Positions 55,576 through 64,000 of a DNA stretch of 64,000 nt are shown one piece after another. Below the pieces are notes generated by a model. The model saw only the letters and a program-made list of their open reading frames with translations. It ran no database searches and was not told the DNA's origin. How positions within the stretch are numbered: the stretch's first letter is position 1; each line of letters starts with the position of its first letter. Origin of the DNA: a virus (taxonomy: Duplodnaviria; Caudoviricetes); the IMG/VR virus record IMGVR_UViG_3300001528_000621, positions 32,001 through 96,000 of that record. One strand, 5' to 3'. The position numbers were made by a program, and so were the translations under genes.

Positions 55576-55651
55576 AGGGGCGTATCCGCTCACTCTTATA
55601 CAGTGTTGAAACGGTAACGGTAACATAAGGGTTCAAATCCCTTCGCCCCTA
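55576..55651 (+). tRNA. Rearranged tRNA-Ile(TAT), same non-canonical architecture as 47122
   Basis: Acceptor AGGGGCG/CGCCCCT, A73, CACT-CTTATAC-AGTG, T arm AAGGG-TTCAAAT-CCCTT. Confidence 0.72.
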
Positions 55652-55655
55652 CTAA

Positions 55656-56264
55656 ATGAACAAACTTTTATTCGATTTTGGACATGGAGAAGAAACTCCT
55701 GGAAAGCGTTCACCGGACGGACAGTTACGGGAATACGCGTATGTTCGAGAAATTGGAAACAGAGTTGCAGAATATTTTAGAACATATACAAATGTTCCTG
55801 TCAGCATAATAACTCCAGAAACATCAGACGTTTCTTTAAAAGAGCGAGTAGCTAGAGCTAATAGAACAGTAGATGCTGATCCTTCACAAAAGTGCTTATT
55901 TGTTTCTTTTCATGTAAATGCAGCTCCAGGAGAGGGATGGCAAAAAGCTAGGGGTTGGGAAGTGTACGTAGCTCGAACATCTTCTCAAGCAAGTAAAGAT
56001 TTAGCTAACACTTTGTATCAAGCTGCTAACGATTTAGGTTGTAAAACAAGACGACCCAAACCATCTCAGAATTACTGGTGCCAAAATTTTTACGTTCTTA
56101 AAAATACAAAATGTCCAGCGGTTTTGACAGAAAATTTCTTTCAGAACAATAAAGAGGATATGAAGTTTCTTCTTTCTGAAACAGGAAAAGAGACAGTCGT
56201 GAATATCCATATTTTAGGGTTATCTAGATACTTAAACATACCTTGCGCTGTAAAATTAGCGTAA
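55656..56264 (+). CDS. N-acetylmuramoyl-L-alanine amidase (Amidase_3), probable endolysin
   Basis: DFGHG, E, LKERV..AN, SFHVNA, RGWEVY, NFYVL...PAVLTENFF. Confidence 0.92.
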   Translation: MNKLLFDFGHGEETPGKRSPDGQLREYAYVREIGNRVAEYFRTYTNVPVSIITPETSDVSLKERVARANRTVDADPSQKCLFVSFHVNAAPGEGWQKARGWEVYVARTSSQASKDLANTLYQAANDLGCKTRRPKPSQNYWCQNFYVLKNTKCPAVLTENFFQNNKEDMKFLLSETGKETVVNIHILGLSRYLNIPCAVKLA

Positions 56265-56267
56265 ACG

Positions 56268-56298
56268 AAATCCTGTAGAAAATAATCTGCAGGATTTT
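56268..56298 (+). terminator. Intrinsic terminator
   Basis: AAATCCTGTAGA-AATAA-TCTGCAGGATTTT. Confidence 0.65.
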
Positions 56299-56371
56299 CT
56301 ATGTTTATTCAAGGAAGATTGCTATCTTTAGCTTGTTATTAAAAGAGTACAGTAAAACACAGAGAGTATAT

Positions 56372-56752
56372 ATGTCAACAGCAAAAAAAGAGTATTTGTT
56401 TAAGGATTTTGCAGATTTTGTAGAACACATGACAGGAAGTCTGGATTCAGAAGTGTTAGCAGCTGAATTCTCTCGTTTTAGTAAAGTACAGCGTGCAAAC
56501 TGGAACAGCCTAGAGTACATATGTGCAAGCATTTATCCTGCAAACATGTTTGACCGTACAGTTCAACTTCTTGCTTTGAGACTCGACGGTAAAGTCTATT
56601 ATCCGATTGTAGGGTGGAACCCAGATGCCAAACCGTCTTCACCTGCAGCAGATGGACAGAAAATATCTACAATGCGTAGGTGGCTTAACAGGCAGCCAAA
56701 ACGAGTTCTTCATTCTTCTCGTGAGAATAGAGATTACGTTCTTTACGGTTAA
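56372..56752 (+). CDS. Hypothetical protein
   Basis: ORF downstream of TATCTTTA (56323); ATG 56372 is the likely start. Confidence 0.55.
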   Translation: MSTAKKEYLFKDFADFVEHMTGSLDSEVLAAEFSRFSKVQRANWNSLEYICASIYPANMFDRTVQLLALRLDGKVYYPIVGWNPDAKPSSPAADGQKISTMRRWLNRQPKRVLHSSRENRDYVLYG

Positions 56753-56771
56753 AAAGTAAAAGAAAAAAATT

Positions 56772-57575
56772 ATGAAATATTGCATTATTGGAGATCCTCA
56801 CGGGCGTACAAATTGGCAGCAGATTGATTTGTCCAGGTATGACCATCTCATAGTTATGGGAGATTATTTTGATCCATACTCTAATGTAGGGCATGAAGAT
56901 CTTTGGAATAATTTTGAAAAGATTGTAAACCTTAAACTAAACAATCCGGACAAGGTAACACTTCTTTTCGGTAACCACGATCATCACTATACAAAGTGGT
57001 GTACAGCTGTGGGTTCTAGATTAGATCCTGTTTTTAATGCTACGTATGGGATTGGCGGTACAGTTCAGGGTCTTATTGAAAATGGAACACTTCAACTAGC
57101 GTATGCTGTACCAAAAACAGACATTGTTTGTATACATGCTGGAATTTCTCAAGCTTGGTACAACATATATCTTCTTAAAAGATCTTATGAACAGTTTCTA
57201 ACAGAACCAGTCGTATCAGTTGAACCTGACGGAGTTGAAGATCTTGCTAAAAAGATGATTGAGTATGGAAAAGGACAAACACAGTCTCTAGGGTTTAATA
57301 CCGATACACGGGACTACTACGGGTACGATCCTCAACAAGGACCTCTCTGGTGGAGATGCCTAAATGACTACATTTACGGAGATTATGGTCTTCAGGAAAA
57401 AGATATGCTGCAGGGAATAACTCAAGTTATGGGACACACTCAAGTTAAGAATCTGGTAAAGATTAAAGGAAAGAATGTAACAGGAGTGTTTGTAGACGGC
57501 CTTGGATCTAATTGGTATACAGAGCTTGAGGTATCAGAAACCGGATATGAATTTAAGCAAGTAAAACTGAAATGA
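56772..57575 (+). CDS. Metallophosphoesterase
   Basis: GDPHG, GDYFD, GNHD, HAG, GPLW.R, GHT. Confidence 0.9.
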   Translation: MKYCIIGDPHGRTNWQQIDLSRYDHLIVMGDYFDPYSNVGHEDLWNNFEKIVNLKLNNPDKVTLLFGNHDHHYTKWCTAVGSRLDPVFNATYGIGGTVQGLIENGTLQLAYAVPKTDIVCIHAGISQAWYNIYLLKRSYEQFLTEPVVSVEPDGVEDLAKKMIEYGKGQTQSLGFNTDTRDYYGYDPQQGPLWWRCLNDYIYGDYGLQEKDMLQGITQVMGHTQVKNLVKIKGKNVTGVFVDGLGSNWYTELEVSETGYEFKQVKLK

Positions 57576-58228
57576 CAGAAATTAGTAATGTAAGGGTGTA
57601 CGATCTCTACGAAAGTATTATAGCTTGTAGGAATGCAATGAGGTTGGAACCTTCCAGCTTTGGTAAACTAACGGATATTGTAGAGGAGAAAGCAGAGCAG
57701 CAAGAAGATTGGGACAAATCTCTAGAAAGAGCAAAGAAGCTTGCACAAGCTCCAAACAACAGTGGTCATGCTAACTTTTTAACAGGTATAAGAGTGTCAT
57801 TTGATATCAAGTATCCAAACTATCTCTCACCAGAAATGCAAAGATATCATTTCTTTGACATCGTAACCTCTTCTAGCAAAATGCACACCCTAATTAAAGT
57901 AGCAGGAGATGCAAATAGATACAACAAATACGTTACAAGAGAGTCTATAGAGCAGATGAAGAAGTTACAGCTTTCGTACATAATGGCTTCTGAAACTGGG
58001 AGTAAAGAAGATGCTTATTTTGCATTTATGCAGCTTGTTTCAAACTGCCCTCAGGGTATAGAACTCTTTATGAGAGTTAGTACAAACTATATGCAACTTC
58101 GGACGATCTACCAGCAGAGAAAGCATCACAAGTTAGCAGAAGATTGGGGAGCAATTTGTGATATGATTCGGGATCTTCCATATGCAAAAGATTTTATAAC
58201 TTTAGAATCATCACCAAATGAGAACTAG
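57572..58228 (+). CDS. Divergent ThyX-like protein
   Basis: GH.NFL..I.VSFDI......EMQRY......SSSKMH...P.G.......NY..LR.IY.QR..H: ThyX-like layout without the canonical RHR motif. Confidence 0.5.
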   Translation: MTEISNVRVYDLYESIIACRNAMRLEPSSFGKLTDIVEEKAEQQEDWDKSLERAKKLAQAPNNSGHANFLTGIRVSFDIKYPNYLSPEMQRYHFFDIVTSSSKMHTLIKVAGDANRYNKYVTRESIEQMKKLQLSYIMASETGSKEDAYFAFMQLVSNCPQGIELFMRVSTNYMQLRTIYQQRKHHKLAEDWGAICDMIRDLPYAKDFITLESSPNEN

Positions 58229-58982
58229 ACCACTTACAGTTATACCTTTTAGTGATCTTCACGGATATCTTTTTGATACAAAAACACTACCAGAATGCGA
58301 TGTAGCTTGCTGTTGTGGAGATTTTGTACCACTTGAATATCAAAATGATGACGTTAGAAGTATCGCTTGGTTCTGTTTGGAATTCATACCTTGGGTAGAT
58401 AAGTTGCCTTGCAAACATTTCATCCTAGTAGCAGGCAATCATGACTTTTTTATGGAGCATATCATGCTTGGTCCTATTCGGGAAGACGGATCTCGAAAGT
58501 GTAGGACAGCATCAGAGGTTTTGAAAAAGCTGCTTCCTGGAGATAACAAAGGAAAGCATTCTAAACTTATCTATCTCAGGGACAATTCAACTACAATTGA
58601 AGGTATAACTTTCTACGGAACACCTTGGACGACCGGACTACCGGGTTGGGCTTTTAGTTGTACTGAAGAAGAGCTTGAAGGTCATTTAGAGCAAATGCCA
58701 AGAAAGGTAGATGTTCTTTTGACACATATGCCACCTACTTTAGGAAACGTAGGGACAGTTTGTCAGCAAAGGTGTTTTAATACTGGAATAGATTACAGTA
58801 GTGAAGCTCTTGCTAAAGCAATGATGTCTAGAGAAATTTCATACGCTTTTTGTGGACATGTTCATACAGGAAATCATTCGGGCTACGAATACAAGGAAGG
58901 GAGTTCTGTATGCAATGTTTCTGTCAAAGATGAAAACTATAGGGTAGTAACGCAGTACTTTCGAAAGTACGAAATTCTTTAA
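58218..58982 (+). CDS. Metallophosphoesterase
   Basis: SDLHG, CGD, GNHD, THMPP, GHVH. Confidence 0.9.
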   Translation: MRTRPLTVIPFSDLHGYLFDTKTLPECDVACCCGDFVPLEYQNDDVRSIAWFCLEFIPWVDKLPCKHFILVAGNHDFFMEHIMLGPIREDGSRKCRTASEVLKKLLPGDNKGKHSKLIYLRDNSTTIEGITFYGTPWTTGLPGWAFSCTEEELEGHLEQMPRKVDVLLTHMPPTLGNVGTVCQQRCFNTGIDYSSEALAKAMMSREISYAFCGHVHTGNHSGYEYKEGSSVCNVSVKDENYRVVTQYFRKYEIL

Positions 58983-58988
58983 AGCTAT

Positions 58989-59279
58989 ATGTTACGTAAA
59001 GCAGATTTAGGGTTAGCTATAGAAGTTCTTGTAGCTTATGAAACTGAATTTTATCCAAATTCTAGAGCAGAATCCGATATTCGAGACGGTCTCTTTTGGG
59101 ACGGGACAAAAGATTGCTTTTCAATGGACTTCGGTATGTGCCTGAGAGGAGAGACAGATGAGGTTCGAATTTACAAAGGTCCTAAAGACTGGCGAGAAAA
59201 CCGTAGGGACTTTGATACTGAACCTAAAACGGTAGTTTATGGGAACGTTTTATTCTTTTTGGAAGCTGTTACTGACTAA
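58989..59279 (+). CDS. Hypothetical protein
   Basis: Operonic ORF. Confidence 0.5.
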   Translation: MLRKADLGLAIEVLVAYETEFYPNSRAESDIRDGLFWDGTKDCFSMDFGMCLRGETDEVRIYKGPKDWRENRRDFDTEPKTVVYGNVLFFLEAVTD

Positions 59280-59505
59280 ACTACAGCCGGCAACGGTTCA
59301 TGGACCAGTTGAAGAGCCAAAACTACACTATAACGACGTTGAAGAAGTAGAGCCTGGAACGTTTCTGGTTCTTGTTAAGGTTCCGAACGGAATAAAATCT
59401 CTCTTTAAACGATATGTTAAAGAAAGAAAAGAACATGACCCGGATTGGCCAACAGCGTCGGTCTTTTTCGGTACTATGGACAGTCCTACAGAGTTTGAAC
59501 AATAG
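59239..59505 (+). CDS. Hypothetical protein
   Basis: Operonic ORF. Confidence 0.45.
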   Translation: MGTFYSFWKLLLTKLQPATVHGPVEEPKLHYNDVEEVEPGTFLVLVKVPNGIKSLFKRYVKERKEHDPDWPTASVFFGTMDSPTEFEQ

Positions 59506-59599
59506 CTTTCTTCTATCGAAAGGAACAACAGGTATAACTAAGGCATCCTAAGGGAGAAATAAAGTCTAGATAATTCATAATATCTTTATATTTTTAGGT

Positions 59600-60085
59600 A
59601 TGAAAATTAAGGAGATTAAAGATTTGATGATGCATTTTGCAGAGTCAAAATACGATGACTACAATGTTGTTTTCTGGGACTACAGTCGACAGAAAAAGAT
59701 GGATGGACACTTTGGAGCTCTTTCTCATTCGGAAAAGGAGATATCAATACCAATTGGAGTGGTAGGAGACGATGTTTGGAAGATTGTTGAGGAAGGATAT
59801 GAACCGAATGGACTACCTAAAACTGTTAGTACAGTTGAAGGTCATGTAGCTGATCTTGTTGAGTCTAAGAAAAGTTTTGACAGCATTAGTCATTCAGCTT
59901 ATATGTATAGGGACAGAGAGACAGGTAAGGTCTTTTATACTAAGCTGTCAGAAGTATATACCATGTACCACTTCTATAAAGCGGAGACTGAACGTTATCG
60001 TAAGTTTATTAACAGGTACGGTATTGTCAAAACTCTTTGGAACGAAAGTATTACAGAGGAGGATGTTGTAGAGAAAGATGATTAA
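59600..60085 (+). CDS. Hypothetical protein
   Basis: ORF after TATCTTTA (59581). Confidence 0.55.
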   Translation: MKIKEIKDLMMHFAESKYDDYNVVFWDYSRQKKMDGHFGALSHSEKEISIPIGVVGDDVWKIVEEGYEPNGLPKTVSTVEGHVADLVESKKSFDSISHSAYMYRDRETGKVFYTKLSEVYTMYHFYKAETERYRKFINRYGIVKTLWNESITEEDVVEKDD

Positions 60086-60248
60086 CTTAAAGCAACTTTT
60101 CTGCTTACATGAGTGGGAAGTCATGCATGAAGATCGGGTAGAATTATATAAGAACCCTAAACTAAAGAAACCGACAGGCTACAAGTACGTGGCTATTATG
60201 CGGTGTAAAAAGTGTGGAAAGTTAAAGAAGGTTGAAATTAAGTATTGA
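60078..60248 (+). CDS. Small Zn-binding protein (CxH...CxxC), below the ORF-track cutoff
   Basis: MINLKQLFCLHEW...RCKKCGKLKKVEIKY*; overlaps the previous stop codon. Confidence 0.65.
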   Translation: MINLKQLFCLHEWEVMHEDRVELYKNPKLKKPTGYKYVAIMRCKKCGKLKKVEIKY

Positions 60249-60249
60249 T

Positions 60250-60735
60250 ATGAGGAAACACACAATAGCTGTAGATTTTGATGGAACTATTGTACAACAT
60301 AGATATCCGGAAATAGGAGAACCAGTACCGTGGGCATTAGAAACTCTTATTCAACTTAGAAAGAAAGGAATACCGGTTTTTCTCTGGACAATGAGAGGCC
60401 ATCCAAAAGCTCAAGAAAGAGATACTCTTCAGGAAGCTATAAACTTTTGTAAGGTAGCGGGTCTTGAGTTTGATGGAATTAATTATAGTCCAGTCCAGTT
60501 CTCTACTTCCAGTAAGCAATACGCTTCAATTTACATCGACGATGCAGCTATTGGATGTCCAATCAGGAACGACGGTTCTGTGGACTGGACTAAGGTCATT
60601 AAGGAGTTAATAATAAAAGGAATTTTAGTTCTTGATGATTGTTTAGAGATTTTTGGTACCGATAAGATGAACGATGTGTTCGACCATCTTAGTATCTATC
60701 ACGGACACACATATCCAAAGCCAAATGAACAATAA
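60250..60735 (+). CDS. HAD-superfamily phosphatase
   Basis: IAVDFDGTIV, LWTMR, K.YA..YIDD. Confidence 0.88.
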   Translation: MRKHTIAVDFDGTIVQHRYPEIGEPVPWALETLIQLRKKGIPVFLWTMRGHPKAQERDTLQEAINFCKVAGLEFDGINYSPVQFSTSSKQYASIYIDDAAIGCPIRNDGSVDWTKVIKELIIKGILVLDDCLEIFGTDKMNDVFDHLSIYHGHTYPKPNEQ

Positions 60736-61753
60736 AAGCGTTATAATAACGGGAGTTGCTGGACTTCTTGGAAGTAACCTTGCAAGATGGATTCTGACCA
60801 ACAGGCCAGAATTTACTGTCTACGGTGTAGATAACTTAGAAGGAGGTCTTATAGAAAACGTTACTGAACTCGAAAGAAATTCTGATGGAGCTTTTAAGTT
60901 TGAACATTGTGACATAGTTGCAACGCCGGGAATGTTCGATCTTCTTGTTGAACAGTATAGGCCGGATTACATCTTTCATTTTGCAGCATTTGCAGCTGAA
61001 GGACTATCTCCGTTTACGAGAGGAAGGACATATGAAAGCAATCTTCTGGGCACATCTGCGGTTGTAAATGCTTGCATTAATTACGGTGTCAAAAAGCTGG
61101 TATATGCATCTAGTATGGCTGTGTACGGTAACGGAGCTGCTCCTTTCAAAGAGTACGATCTTTGTGTTCCTGTAGATCCATACGGAATAGCAAAGTATGC
61201 TTGTGAATTGGACATTGAGTCTGCAGAAGAGCAGTTTGAACTAAAAGCTGCTATTCTCAGATTTCATAATGTGTACGGACCTGGACAAAACATCTACGAC
61301 CCGTATAGAAATGTTTTGGGTATTTGGATGAACAGGATGAGGTTGAACAATCCTCTCCAAATCTACGGAAATGGACAACAAGTAAGAGCTTTTACATATG
61401 TTGAAGATCTTATGGAACCGATCTGGAATGCTGCTACGTCTCAGAGAAACCTAAAACTTAATATGTGTTCAACGCATCCGGTTAGCATTGAGACTGCTGC
61501 AAAGTTAGTAGCAGAGGAAGGAAAGAAAAGTGGATTCAATGTTGAGATAAAGAAAGTAGAAAAAAGAGCTGAAGTATATACAGCTTGGGTAGATGGTAAA
61601 GAGTCAGAAGAGATTTTAGGTTGCACTTACAAAACAAAATTAGAAGAAGGTATTGGTAAGATGTGGAAGTGGGTATTGACAATGCCAGTTAAGCCGATCC
61701 AAGTCTGTAACTATGAAATACCTAGCAAAGTTTACAGTTATTGGAAGTATTAA
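60725..61753 (+). CDS. NAD-dependent nucleotide-sugar epimerase/dehydratase
   Basis: ITGVAGLLGS, HFAA, SSMAVYG, YGIAK, RFHNVYGP. Confidence 0.92.
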   Translation: MNNKSVIITGVAGLLGSNLARWILTNRPEFTVYGVDNLEGGLIENVTELERNSDGAFKFEHCDIVATPGMFDLLVEQYRPDYIFHFAAFAAEGLSPFTRGRTYESNLLGTSAVVNACINYGVKKLVYASSMAVYGNGAAPFKEYDLCVPVDPYGIAKYACELDIESAEEQFELKAAILRFHNVYGPGQNIYDPYRNVLGIWMNRMRLNNPLQIYGNGQQVRAFTYVEDLMEPIWNAATSQRNLKLNMCSTHPVSIETAAKLVAEEGKKSGFNVEIKKVEKRAEVYTAWVDGKESEEILGCTYKTKLEEGIGKMWKWVLTMPVKPIQVCNYEIPSKVYSYWKY

Positions 61754-61804
61754 AGCTCAGTTTTTCTTTATATCTCTAGTTTAGAAGTTAAAAAAACAAA
61801 TAAA

Positions 61805-62527
61805 ATGCAGTGGTATAATAAGATTAATACTTGTTTTAGGAGAGATCTAGACAGGGAGTCTAAAACGTATAACCAGATTCTACCGGACGAGGAGCTTACA
61901 ACACCTGAGTTTGAGCTTCTTCGTAAATTGAATGCAAAGTGGGAAGCTACCGAAAAGGTAGATGGGGAATGTACAAGCATTCATCTTAAAGTAGATAACC
62001 TGACTGGGGATTATTGTGTGGAAGTGCACGGCAAGACTGACAAAGCTGTCATGCGACCAGAAGAGGTAAAGCTTTTGACAGAGATCGGAGATGTTGAGAA
62101 GCTCGTAGAAGTATTTACTCAAATTGATGCAGGTGGAAATAGGATTCTACCCGGAGATGAGTGTATTATCTTTGGAGAGACCTACGGAAGAGGTATGCAG
62201 AAGCCTGGTAGCAGATATTGTAGTACAAATCTTAAGTTCATTTGCTTTGATATTAAGATCGGAAACATATGGCTGAAGAGGGACGCTGTTGAGGACATCT
62301 GTAAGAAGCTCAACGTTGATGTAGTTCCATTTGTAGGAGAAATGACACTCAACGAAGCTATTGAGTATGTAAAGAAAGGATTTATGTCAACAGTGTCTGA
62401 AGATCCTACTCTTGAAGCAGAGGGTCTCGTACTTCGAGCTCCTCTTGGTCTTCTTGATAGGATGGGTCGAAGAATTATTACAAAGGTTAAGACGGTAGAT
62501 TTTAGAAAGCTTAAAGAAAATAACTAA
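61805..62527 (+). CDS. ATP-dependent RNA ligase (Rnl2-like)
   Basis: TEKVDG, IFGETYG, FDI, EGLVLR, KVK nucleotidyltransferase motifs. Confidence 0.85.
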   Translation: MQWYNKINTCFRRDLDRESKTYNQILPDEELTTPEFELLRKLNAKWEATEKVDGECTSIHLKVDNLTGDYCVEVHGKTDKAVMRPEEVKLLTEIGDVEKLVEVFTQIDAGGNRILPGDECIIFGETYGRGMQKPGSRYCSTNLKFICFDIKIGNIWLKRDAVEDICKKLNVDVVPFVGEMTLNEAIEYVKKGFMSTVSEDPTLEAEGLVLRAPLGLLDRMGRRIITKVKTVDFRKLKENN

Positions 62528-62696
62528 TATGCAAACCCAAAAGCAAGACTTTCAAAAACTCCAAAAGCTGGAAGAGCAGAGGCGTAAAGGAAGGTTTGGA
62601 GAGCAAACTCGGGAATTTCAACGAGAGCTAGACATGTTGTACGAAACGAAGCATAACGAAGACAAGCTAGTCCGGTAAGTCAACTATTTACGAGAG

Positions 62697-62990
62697 ATGA
62701 AAAAGGTTTTATTAGCATTATTCGTCTCTCTTTTTTTATGTTCTTGCTCACCCAGCATTTACTACTTTTCTCGAGAGACTGATTGTCCACAATGCGTTGT
62801 TGACAGTCTTTTGGGTCCAAATACTTCTAACTATTTGGAATGGACTAACTTTCAAACAATGGGACTCTATCGAGAGGATTCTACTCTTATTTCAACTTAC
62901 GTTAATGTTCTTAGTAAAAAGCAAAGCGTTACCGTGGTTGAGTACGAGGTTAGTAAAAAATCAACAGTGTCTGAAAAACGTAGGAAGTAA
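62697..62990 (+). CDS. Putative lipoprotein
   Basis: MKKVLLALFVSLFLCSC lipobox-like signal. Confidence 0.65.
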   Translation: MKKVLLALFVSLFLCSCSPSIYYFSRETDCPQCVVDSLLGPNTSNYLEWTNFQTMGLYREDSTLISTYVNVLSKKQSVTVVEYEVSKKSTVSEKRRK

Positions 62991-62993
62991 TAA

Positions 62994-63581
62994 ATGTACA
63001 GTTTAGGTTGTGTACGAAGTCTTACTTTCGGTGTACCGTCGTATGCTCCAGCGGAGGGTACGATACCGGAAAAGTACGACATAAGGGACGAAATGAGATC
63101 TCCGATTGATCAAGGAAATAGAGGAATCTGTGTATCTGTCTGTGTTTCAGATATGCTCAGGTACAGGTACTTATTCAAAGGAGAAAAATACAAGCATCGA
63201 GATGATTTTTTCTACAACCACAGATCAGATAAGAGCGTTGATGGAATGTCACCTCGAAATGCATTTGAAATAGCTCGTTCGTATAGCTTTATTTCGTCTT
63301 ATGCTACTTTAAAGAATCTTCTTGCAATGAGAGTAGCTATAGCTGCGAATGGGCCAATTTTGGTTGCTTTACCGGTTTATAACTACGAAGGTGACTTTTG
63401 GAGGAAAACCTCGGGGAATATAATAGGATACCATGCAGTAACGTTAGTTAGCTATGACGATATTGCTCAACAGTTCTACCTAAGGAATTCTTGGGGACCC
63501 GCATGGGAATTGGGAGGCTTTACAATCTTTCCTTACTCTGGCGTAGACAGTATAATTGAAGCTTGGACAGTGTTTAGTTAA
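62994..63581 (+). CDS. Papain-like C1 cysteine peptidase
   Basis: DQG.RG.C, YHAV, RNSWG..W...G. Confidence 0.88.
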   Translation: MYSLGCVRSLTFGVPSYAPAEGTIPEKYDIRDEMRSPIDQGNRGICVSVCVSDMLRYRYLFKGEKYKHRDDFFYNHRSDKSVDGMSPRNAFEIARSYSFISSYATLKNLLAMRVAIAANGPILVALPVYNYEGDFWRKTSGNIIGYHAVTLVSYDDIAQQFYLRNSWGPAWELGGFTIFPYSGVDSIIEAWTVFS

Positions 63582-63639
63582 GTTTTTGAAAGCTCATCAT
63601 TTACTTTTATCTTTAGCTTAGAAGTTAAAAGAAAGAAAT

Positions 63640-63894
63640 ATGTCATATAATCAAAGGTATACAAACATTGGATGTACAGCAGCTCTTTTAATGTTTGTAA
63701 TAGCTATAGCGATGTGGTGTGTTACAGCCCTGGTAGTAAGCTTGCCAGTCTTGTGGCTCTGGAATTGGCTTGTACCGAGCATTTTTGGACTTAGGGCTAT
63801 TACTTGGATTGAAGCTCTTGGCTTTTCACTTTTATGTTCTTTCTTACTGAGAACAAACGTATCGGTAAACAATAACAAAAGTAACAACAACTAG
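63640..63894 (+). CDS. Small membrane protein
   Basis: Hydrophobic, with WLWNWLVPSIFGL..ITW..A.G motif. Confidence 0.65.
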   Translation: MSYNQRYTNIGCTAALLMFVIAIAMWCVTALVVSLPVLWLWNWLVPSIFGLRAITWIEALGFSLLCSFLLRTNVSVNNNKSNNN

Positions 63895-63897
63895 TAT

Positions 63898-64000
63898 ATG
63901 GAATTTAGAGTACTTATTAGAGTAAACAAGGATCAGCCAGAAATTGCTGTAAAGGCTCTTGGCTACAAAGTAGTAGGTGACGTCAATGCTTTTTCAGAGG
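63898..64000 (+). CDS. Partial ORF running off the window end
   Basis: MEFRVLIRVNK... open to the end of the window. Confidence 0.4.
   Translation, partial: MEFRVLIRVNKDQPEIAVKALGYKVVGDVNAFSE

Noticed and set aside
55576-55651. Reading this element as a degenerate tRNA-Ser(TGA) from the TTGAAA segment
   Set aside because: That stem is mismatched with a 6-nt loop. CACT-CTTATAC-AGTG aligns exactly with the Ile(GAT) arm at 47137, and TTGAAA is a linker shared by both copies.
42054-55651. Stop-codon recoding or suppressor tRNAs
   Set aside because: No CTA, TTA or TCA anticodon found. Long genes read intact in code 11, and TAG and TGA terminate genes at sensible boundaries.

Overview
A 64 kb segment of a large, AT-rich dsDNA tailed phage. 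Its genes are packed densely and almost all lie on the + strand. The host is most likely an anaerobic Bacteroidota, inferred from class III nrdD/nrdG, a recurrent TATCTTTA promoter motif resembling the Bacteroidota -7 TAnnTTTG element, and few Shine-Dalgarno sites. Gene order: (1) tail/baseplate module; (2) nrdDG; (3) replication/recombination genes (short PolA-like protein, SSB, RecA/UvsX, 5'-3' exonuclease, DnaB helicase); (4) a candidate DNA/nucleotide-modification cluster (MazG-like, amidoligase, P-loop kinase, GNAT, TGT/DpdA-like, HD) next to a full PolA and a GIY-YIG homing endonuclease; (5) GroES/GroEL; (6) four glycosyltransferases; (7) a ~13.6 kb tRNA region (42054-55651) with about 29 conventional tRNAs, interleaved with paralogous effector-like genes and many unexplained structured RNAs; (8) endolysin, phosphoesterases, epimerase, RNA ligase and peptidase. 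Three observations stand out. Two tRNA-Ile genes (anticodons GAU and UAU) have a rearranged cloverleaf: no D-arm in the normal place, a D-loop-like sequence 3' of the anticodon arm, and a covarying 3-bp helix. Two circularly permuted tRNA mimics resemble YrlA/Y RNAs. A family of putative capsid-packaged ART-fold and HExxH proteins has three members broken by single-base lesions. All calls were made by eye, with no database searches.
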